From: Octopus vulgaris
Lineage: Eukaryota
Assembly: GCA_951406725.2 (NCBI GenBank)
Contig: OX597816.1
Coordinates: 39,432,001 to 39,496,000 of the forward strand
Direction: 5' to 3'
Length of the DNA stretch: 64,000 nt
Positions 57,801 through 64,000 of this stretch are shown here, in pieces. A program made the translations under genes and the position numbers. The notes under the pieces are model-generated. The model ran no database searches, was not told where the DNA came from, and saw nothing but the letters and a program-made list of their open reading frames with translations. Within the stretch, counting starts at the first letter, position 1; every line of letters starts with the position of its first letter.

Positions 57801-60800
57801 AGAGCTGGTAAGTTGATTATGTCAGCCCCAGTGTTCAACTGGTACTTATTTTATTGACCCTGAAAGGATGAAACGATCCCAGCAGAATTTATATAATAAT
57901 AATAAAATTATTGTATACAGTGCTCAGGTGCACCACAACTTGTCAGAAAGTGCATATAAAGTACATGCAGTAATGTAGAAATGTCTGGAAAGCGAACAAT
58001 GTATGAGTCAGATACATGCTTGTGTGTGTATGGAGGGGAGAAAATCAAGTGTAGTGTTGGCGAATCTCAGGAAGCATGGAAGTTTTGAAGGATGTAGTGC
58101 TCCGACAACTAACAACTGATGACGGCACTTTGTTCCATGCTTCAGCAACTCTCAGCATGAAAAAATGTTTCCTGAAGAACCCCAAACGTAAAGAACTGGA
58201 TGAAATGCTTCTAAGTATTTCGCCAAATTCGCTAACAATCAATAGTTTTGTTTAATATTAACAGACGTAACGTTACTTGATGTAACATTACTCCAACAGT
58301 GGCAAAATTATATTCCTAATGTTACCTGGTATATGACAGGAAATACTCTAGTTAGTAAGTAACCAAGTGAGATTAATCTAACAAGATCAGTTATTTCCCT
58401 TCGGGACACAAACACACACGCACACACAAAGAAAAGTAGATAGATCAATAGAGAAAGAGAGAGTGAGACTGCTAATTACATCATCATCATCATCATCGTT
58501 TAACGTCCGCTTTCCATGCTAGCATGGGTTGGACGGTTTGACCGGGGATCTGGGAAGCCAGAAGGCTGCACCAGGCTCCAGTCTGATCTGGCAGTGTTTC
58601 TACAGCTGGATGCCCTTCCTAATGCCAACCACTCCGTGAATGTAGTGGGTGCTTTTTACGTGCCACTGGCACAGGTGCCAGGCGAGGTGCACTACAATTC
58701 ATTGGGAAGGTTAAAAGAAGAGACAGAAAGTAGACATAAGTTAAAGAAGTGATAGCTAGTAGTACATTTACAGTTCATGGAATAAAACAAAAAGACTAAG
58801 TATATATTAAAAGAGTATAACGAGGAATGGTGCATAAACATGCTAGGAATAGCGTTGGCAAATTTTATGAAGCATGAAATTTTTGAAGGATGCAGTGTCT
58901 TGACAGCTAACCACTGACTGGGTAATCTCAGCATGAAAATATGAGCGCGTGCTGTTTTTTGAGTTTTATAAGCATATCATCCACAAGTGGTAGAAATATT
59001 GAATTCAAAAAGGTGGCCAAAATTGTTGTTGGAAAGATTGGACATAATCTTGTGGGCTTCTATCAAGTCAGCTGCTAATTGTCATAAATTTAGTGTCCTG
59101 ATGCCTAGAGAAGCAAAACTTCCAAGATATAGTAAGTGACAGACAGACGGTATTTGTCTGGTTACATATCTCTGAACAGCTTCATCATCATCATCATCAT
59201 CATTTAAAGTCCGCTTTCCATGCTAGCATGGGTTGGACGATTTTGACTGAGGGCTGGCGAACCAGGCTCCAATCGTGATCTGGCAGAGTTTCTACAGCTG
59301 GATGCCCTTCCTAACGCCAACCACTCTGAGAGTGTAATGGGTGCTTTTTACGTGCCACCGGCACGGGGGTGCCAGTCAGGCGGTACTGGCAATGACCTCA
59401 CTCGAATCTTTTTACTGGTGCCAGTGATCTTCCAGCATAGGAATGTTTTGGATAAGATGGAGTTTCGGATAGGAGATACAAACTGTAAATGTGGATGTAA
59501 CACATCCATATGAATCTTTAAATAGGGAGCTGGTGAGTGACTGACCAACGGCTAACTCAGTGATGTTAAAACACCTTTGATCTTTTGGACAATTTTAGAA
59601 ATCTGATTCATCCAACACAGATCATTGTTAACAGGGAATTCGCAGTAAATTACTGTTTGTAAATAAATTTTATTTTAATTTTGTTTCTATTTTACTTTAT
59701 CTTCCCTTCCTATTATAGATAGGGTTATTTTTCTCAGGTGGCACATAAAAAACACCCACTACACCCTTGGAGTGGTTGGCGTTAGGAAGGGCATCCAGCT
59801 GTAGAAACACTGCCAGATCAGACTGGACCTGGCGCTGCCTTCTAGCTTCCCAGATCCCAGTTGAACCGTCCAACCCATGCTAGCATGGAAAACGGACGTT
59901 AAATGATGATGATGATGATTCAACTATGAAGTAGTTGAGGGGCTTCTTTTCCAGTTATGCAAACGAAAACGAGCAGGATTATGTCCCTTGCTCAGTTACA
60001 CTTTAGTAATAAAAAGTTTCAACATAATTTCTCTCTCTCTCTCAAGTTGAATAAAATTCATGGCTGTGAGGTTAGTAGTTTTAACTTCATAACTTTATAG
60101 GAACGGTCTATTTTGTGTCACTTTTAGCAACATATATTTGGTAATGTTTTATTTGATAATTGAAACATGTTTATATTTTACTGTTCACAGATTAGAAGAC
60201 ATTACGAACAGAGAATCTTTGAGAGTCAACCCTAAATGTGATAGAAACGTTTCTTTGTATGGATATTTACGTGGAACTCCCATGAAAAACACAACAAAAG
60301 TTCATATCCCAGGTATACTGTCTATTAATATATACACACACATCATCATCATCATCATTGTTTAACATCCACTTTCCATACTAGCATGGGTTGGACGATT
60401 TGACTGAACCAGTTGGCGAACCAGTTGGCTGCACCAGGCTCCAATCTTGATCTGGCAGAGTTTCTACAGCTGGATGCCCTTCCTAACGCCAACCACTCCG
60501 AGAGTGTAGTGGGTGTTTTTACGTGCCACCAGCACGGGGGCCAGTCATGCAGTACTGGCAACGACCTCGCTCAAATGTTTTTTCATGTGCCATCGGCTCA
60601 AGTGCCAGTAAGGCGACGCTGGTAACGATCATGCTTGAATGGTGCTTTTTACGTGCCACTGGCACGGAAGCCAGTTAGCTGCTCTGGCAACGATCACACT
60701 TGGATGGTACTCTTAGTACCCTACTAGCACGGGGCACAAGTGCCAGTAAGGCGATGCTGGTAACGATCACACTTGAATGGTGCTTTTTACGTGCCACTGG

Positions 60801-61599
60801 TACGGAAGCCAGTTAGCCACTCTGTCAACGATCACACTCGTATGGTGCTCTTTGTGCCCCGCTAGTACGGATGCCAGTCATCGAATTTGATATATTAATA
60901 TACTGTCTATTAATATACACACACATGATTGGTTTCTTTCAGATTATCTACAATGTCCACTCACAAGGCTTTGGTCAGTCTGGGGCTATACTATAAGACA
61001 TGTGATTGGGATACAACCTCTCTCTCTCTATTTATTCTTATTCATACCTCTCTCTCTTTCTCTCTCTCTATCTAGTCCATGTGTATGCATGTGAATGTTG
61101 ACAGTTTATGGCTTTGCTTGTTCTCAGCTGAGCAAAATGTTCTTTCAATGTTTATATTCTGCATTGATGTTACAACTGGTTGCTCTGTGCTTTCAAAATC
61201 CAGTGGAATTTAAAAAAAGTAAAAATCCCTTGAAATACTAGTTAAAGGTTGATGACAGGAAGGTCATCCAGCTGTAAAATGAAGCATCAGATAAGTCTTT
61301 GTCCACCCTATGCTGACATGGAAAAACAAATGATAGAATGAACAAAGTAGTTACCCTGTTCCTTTCAATTTGTTTTTTTCATTTTTGTATTTACAGGCTG
61401 TGGTGATTACTCTGTTGACGATGTACAATTCTTGCCTGATCCCTGCCCAACTCCTGACATCTCGAAAAAGAGAACATTAAATGTTAAAGAAAGACCAATT
61501 TATGCTCCAATGTCAGGTGTCGGAGGAATCATATATGACAAAGATGCCGTGTACATTGATATGGATCAAAACGATGACGCTAATAAAACTGATGAGCAG
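46349..61599 (+). CDS. BMS1: BMS1 ribosome biogenesis GTPase, 5' part; join(46349..46515,47707..47897,50942..51021,53475..53663,55787..55929,60191..60312,61397..61599), continues beyond window
   Basis: NPKAF, HHIPIVDRTP, P-loop GPPKVGKT, DIAKVADLVLLLVDASFGFEME, VHGFPRVMGVLTHLD, GAKLFYLSG, LPDPCP, IYAPMSGVGG are BMS1 hallmarks; all phases consistent. Confidence 0.97.
47707..47897 (+). CDS. BMS1: BMS1 coding exon 2 (P-loop)
   Basis: TTTCAG acceptor, GTAGGT donor, 191 nt. Confidence 0.96.
48821..49205 (-). mobile_element. SINE family D, second copy
   Basis: Near-identical to 33387-33770; TSD TGCTTGGAAAT at 48803 and 49207. Confidence 0.88.
49572..49791. mobile_element. piggyBac-type MITE (related copies ~45880-46087, 56259-56472, partial 15870-16310, 27600-27800, 39980-40130)
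   Basis: TTAA|CCCTTTAG..CTATAGGG|TTAA. Confidence 0.8.
49963..50691 (+). mobile_element. Non-autonomous Helitron with a 3x ~170-bp internal tandem
   Basis: A|TC at 49963, CTAG|T at 50691, subterminal hairpin. Confidence 0.87.
50942..51021 (+). CDS. BMS1: BMS1 coding exon 3 (GKQRRLTLIECNSDINCMIDIAKVADL)
   Basis: ACCAG acceptor, GTATGT donor, 80 nt; missed by the ORF track. Confidence 0.95.
51190..51535 (+). mobile_element. Family C: RTE-type 3' UTR element with (GAT)n tail (other copies 16025-16151 +, 16316-16620 -, 26340-26617 +, 35370-35578 +, 46598-46830 -, 58480-58690 -, 59183-59425 -, 59735-59918 +, 60341-60890 -, 62783-62985 +, 63497-63770 -)
   Basis: Shared GGTTGGCGTTAGGAAGGGCATCCAGC..CCAACCCATGCTAGCATGGAAA.CGGACG.TAAA(TGA)n. 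Confidence 0.85.
51686..52082 (+). mobile_element. SINE family A
   Basis: Same consensus. Confidence 0.87.
53042..53325. mobile_element. hAT (Charlie-like) MITE
   Basis: CAGCAGTTTTCAACC / GTTGAGAACTCCTG termini; flanks CTGTAGAT / TTCTAGAT. Confidence 0.7.
53475..53663 (+). CDS. BMS1: BMS1 coding exon 4 (VLLLVDAS..RFWTEIYQ)
   Basis: TTCAG acceptor, GTAAAT donor, 189 nt. Confidence 0.96.
53885..54392 (+). mobile_element. Non-autonomous Helitron, variant interior
   Basis: CCCGAGCAACGCCGGGC hairpin + CTAG|T; 5' end merges into (TA)n. Confidence 0.8.
54515..54840. repeat. Direct + inverted ~95-bp repeat in (TA)n (Penelope-like arrangement)
   Basis: Unit TTTAGGGATAAACCACTAGGTGG..GTTCTCCAGAGAAA twice, then an inverted partial copy. 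Confidence 0.75.
55050..55602 (-). mobile_element. piggyBac remnant with transposase C-terminal Cys-rich domain
   Basis: KRCFNCPRSKDKKTRFICSG..EEQSKTVC on -; AGGG|TTAA terminus at 55602 with subterminal palindrome GGGGTCATATTGACCCC. Confidence 0.75.
55787..55929 (+). CDS. BMS1: BMS1 coding exon 5 (GAKLFYLSG..HPYLLVD/R)
   Basis: TTTTAG acceptor, GTCAGT donor, 143 nt; missed by the ORF track. Confidence 0.95.
56543..56800 (-). mobile_element. RTE/BovB-like LINE 3' end
   Basis: YFGHILQRKSLEKDIMLG..GKRGRGRPRTRWLD..QDRTDWR..ESRLRLSR* followed by a (TAGA)n tail. Confidence 0.88.
60191..60312 (+). CDS. BMS1: BMS1 coding exon 6 (LEDITN..LYGYLRG..VHIP/G)
   Basis: CACAG acceptor, GTATAC donor, 122 nt. 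Confidence 0.95.
61397..61599 (+). CDS. BMS1: BMS1 coding exon 7 (GCGDY..LPDPCP..DKDAVYID..DEQ)
   Basis: TTACAG acceptor, GTAATT donor, 203 nt. Confidence 0.94.
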
Positions 61600-61735
61600 G
61601 TAATTAACAAGTTTACTCTGCATTGGAATTGTTCGTATGTATGTTATTGATGGTAAATGAAACGCTTTTTTTTCCCTAAAAAGATGTCTCCAGAAATGAC
61701 TCTGAGTCTGATATTTGAACTTGGGTTTCCCTTAA

Positions 61736-62027
61736 CCTTTTCGTTACTATATTTCTGACCAAAATACACCCCTTATGTGTTTCAATTAATTTCTAACATA
61801 GTCATAAATTTAGTCTGGTTTCATTAAACAACTATAACTTTTTTATTTATCAACATATTAATGTGATTTTTGGAAGATAATTTAATGAAAGGTTCTCAAC
61901 CAATTCTATACCATAATTTTTGTCACAAAGTGACTCTAATTGCAGGTAGATACAGGTAAATTCAACAAAATATAAAATTATTAAAATTTTTGTTCAAACA
62001 TCGCTATAGAAAATGGTAACGAAAGGG
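61736..62027. mobile_element. piggyBac MITE, deletion derivative of the 10552 element
   Basis: TTAA|CCTTTTCGTTAC..GTAACGAAAGGG|TTAA; interior matches 10552-10795. Confidence 0.87.
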
Positions 62028-62108
62028 TTAAGCTTTAATGTGCTAAAAATTTTTTCCTGATTAAGTGCTATAGAAATTGAGTTCTATCTTTTATGCCATC
62101 AAATACAG

Positions 62109-62151
<43 letters not shown>

Positions 62152-62228
62152 AACGCCATGTTGGATCATTAGCCCCTACACGCAATTTTTTTCTCTCCTC
62201 GTTTCTCTCCTTGTTTCTTTTCTGTGTA

Positions 62229-62266
62229 TCTTTCTGTCGAAGAGCGTAGGCTCGAAACGTAAAAGA
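62229..62266 (+). ncRNA. Hammerhead-like motif with A6U core variant (copies 18216-18253, 21680-21717)
   Basis: TCTTT-CTGTCGA-A-GAGC gtag GCTC-GAAACGTA-AAAGA. Confidence 0.55.
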
Positions 62267-62362
62267 CTTGTTTTATTTCTATTCCTGAGCGCCATACTAA
62301 TACATTTGTTTGTTTGTACTCCACCTGCCTTCGTCTTTTGTTTATTTTTGTAAACCTTCCCG

Positions 62363-62404
<42 letters not shown>

Positions 62405-63164
62405 GGCAAGAAGTTAATGGAGGGGATCCAGAGGTAGTATGCATCAACTGTTAGACATTATACTATCTCTATTTATTTTAAACAGTTCTGAGAATATGTA
62501 TACATGTGTAAAGATTGTGTTTTACATATAAAGTACCAGTAATTTCTAGAATAGAGACAGAAGGGCAGTTTCTTATGGCTGTTTCTGCTATGAGGTTACA
62601 GTACCCCACATGTTATTTCCATCTGATCAGTGAACTGTAGTGATCGGTAGATAAAATTAGGGTACTTGGGTGTGCCTGTAGGCTTCGTCAGAGAGTTTAG
62701 AAGAGGGTCTAAGAAGTTCAGAGGGCTAATTTATGTATATATAAATATACATATGTACACTCACATATATACACACACACAAGCCTGAAGGCTGCACCAG
62801 GCCAGTCAGATGTGGCAGTGTTTCTACAGCTGGTTGGCGTTAGGAAGGGCATCCAGCTGTAGAAACACTGCCACATCTGACTGGCCTGGTGCAGCCTTCG
62901 GGCTTCCCAGACCCCAGTTGAACCGTCCAACCCATGCTAGCATGGAAAGCGGACGTTAAACGATGATGATGATGATGATGATGATATGCATCTATACATA
63001 TACGCACATACACACATACAATAGAATCAGTTATTAGTAGGTGTAGTACAATATTCTTATTAGAGAATAAGAAGGAAAATAAGGGTAGAATCAAAGTAAG
63101 CAATAAAGTTTGAGAGGAGTACAGTTTTGTAGAAATGAAAAGGTATATGAAAGGAGAAATATAT

Positions 63165-63217
<53 letters not shown>

Positions 63218-63290
63218 CATTGAGCAAAAATTTAGATGCACCAGAATTTTGTATGGTGTTATCCATAAAAATTTATGGGGTGATTATAAT

Positions 63291-63486
63291 CAAAATAAGC
63301 AACAAGAATGACTCCGGTAATTTGGTACAATCGTTTCGTACTACATCATTTTATTAAATGTTGTAAGTATTACAACATTACTCAGCATCTTAAATCTGTT
63401 GTAATACTTGCAACATTTAATAAAATGATGTAGTACGAAACGATTGTACCAAATTACCGGAGTCATTCTTGTTGCCTATTTTGATA
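63291..63486. repeat. Near-perfect ~90-bp inverted repeat
   Basis: ATCAAAATAAGCAACAAGAATGACTCCGG.. / ..CCGGAGTCATTCTTGTTGCCTATTTTGAT. Confidence 0.9.
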
Positions 63487-64000
63487 TATATATATATCAT
63501 CATCATCATCATCGTTTAACGTCCGCTTTCCATGCTAGCATGGGTTGCACCAGGCCAGTCAGATGTGGCAGTGTTTCTACAGCTGGATGCCCTTCCTAAC
63601 GCCAACCACTCCGAGAGTGTAGTGGGTGATTTTATGTGCCACCGACACAGGTGCCAGACGAGGCTGGCAGACGGCCATGCTCGGATGGTGTTTTTTATGT
63701 GCCACCGACACAGGTGCCAGACGAGGCTGGCAGACAGCCACGCTCGGATGGTGTTTTTTATGTGCCACCGACATACATACATACATACATACATATACAT
63801 AGACACATATTTCATGCATTAGGAATGGTGGATTCCTGCAATGGTTCGTATTTTCCTTTCATATAAATATACACACATATATAAACACAATATGTTTATA
63901 GTTGAGGACTTAAGATTGTGGTCCCCATTACGGGGGTGAAATTTTATATTAATAGTTATGATAGCAGTTGGTACTAAAGGTAGTGAATCTCCAGCTAGTG

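Overview
Eukaryotic, AT-rich, repeat-dense genomic DNA with spliceosomal GT-AG introns. The SINE/RTE/microsatellite landscape suggests a coleoid cephalopod, probably Octopus (inference). Three protein-coding genes were reconstructed by hand with phase-consistent splice sites: (1) the last two coding exons of TBL1X/TBL1XR1 (ebi) on + (2761-3793), followed by a probable long 3' UTR containing a ~3.5 kb (TA)n/(CA)n tract; (2) a complete 9-exon GPR180 gene on - (41662 to 17470, 442 aa); (3) the first seven coding exons of BMS1 on + (46349-61599, continuing past the window), head-to-head with GPR180. The rest is mostly transposon debris: four tRNA-derived SINE families, RTE, CR1/L2 and HERO-like LINE remnants, Helitrons (one 3.9 kb copy with a PIF1 helicase remnant and a nested piggyBac), and piggyBac, hAT, mariner and GG-terminal 8-bp-TSD MITEs. 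The most unusual signal is a set of small, mostly (TA)n-embedded, Penelope-like elements carrying type I hammerhead ribozyme folds. These include family-wide core variants (A6U, U4C), one element with a tRNA-like Pol III head, and one canonical core on the sense strand just upstream of the first BMS1 coding exon. All homology calls come from recalled family motifs, not database searches. Repeat boundaries without a TSD are approximate.
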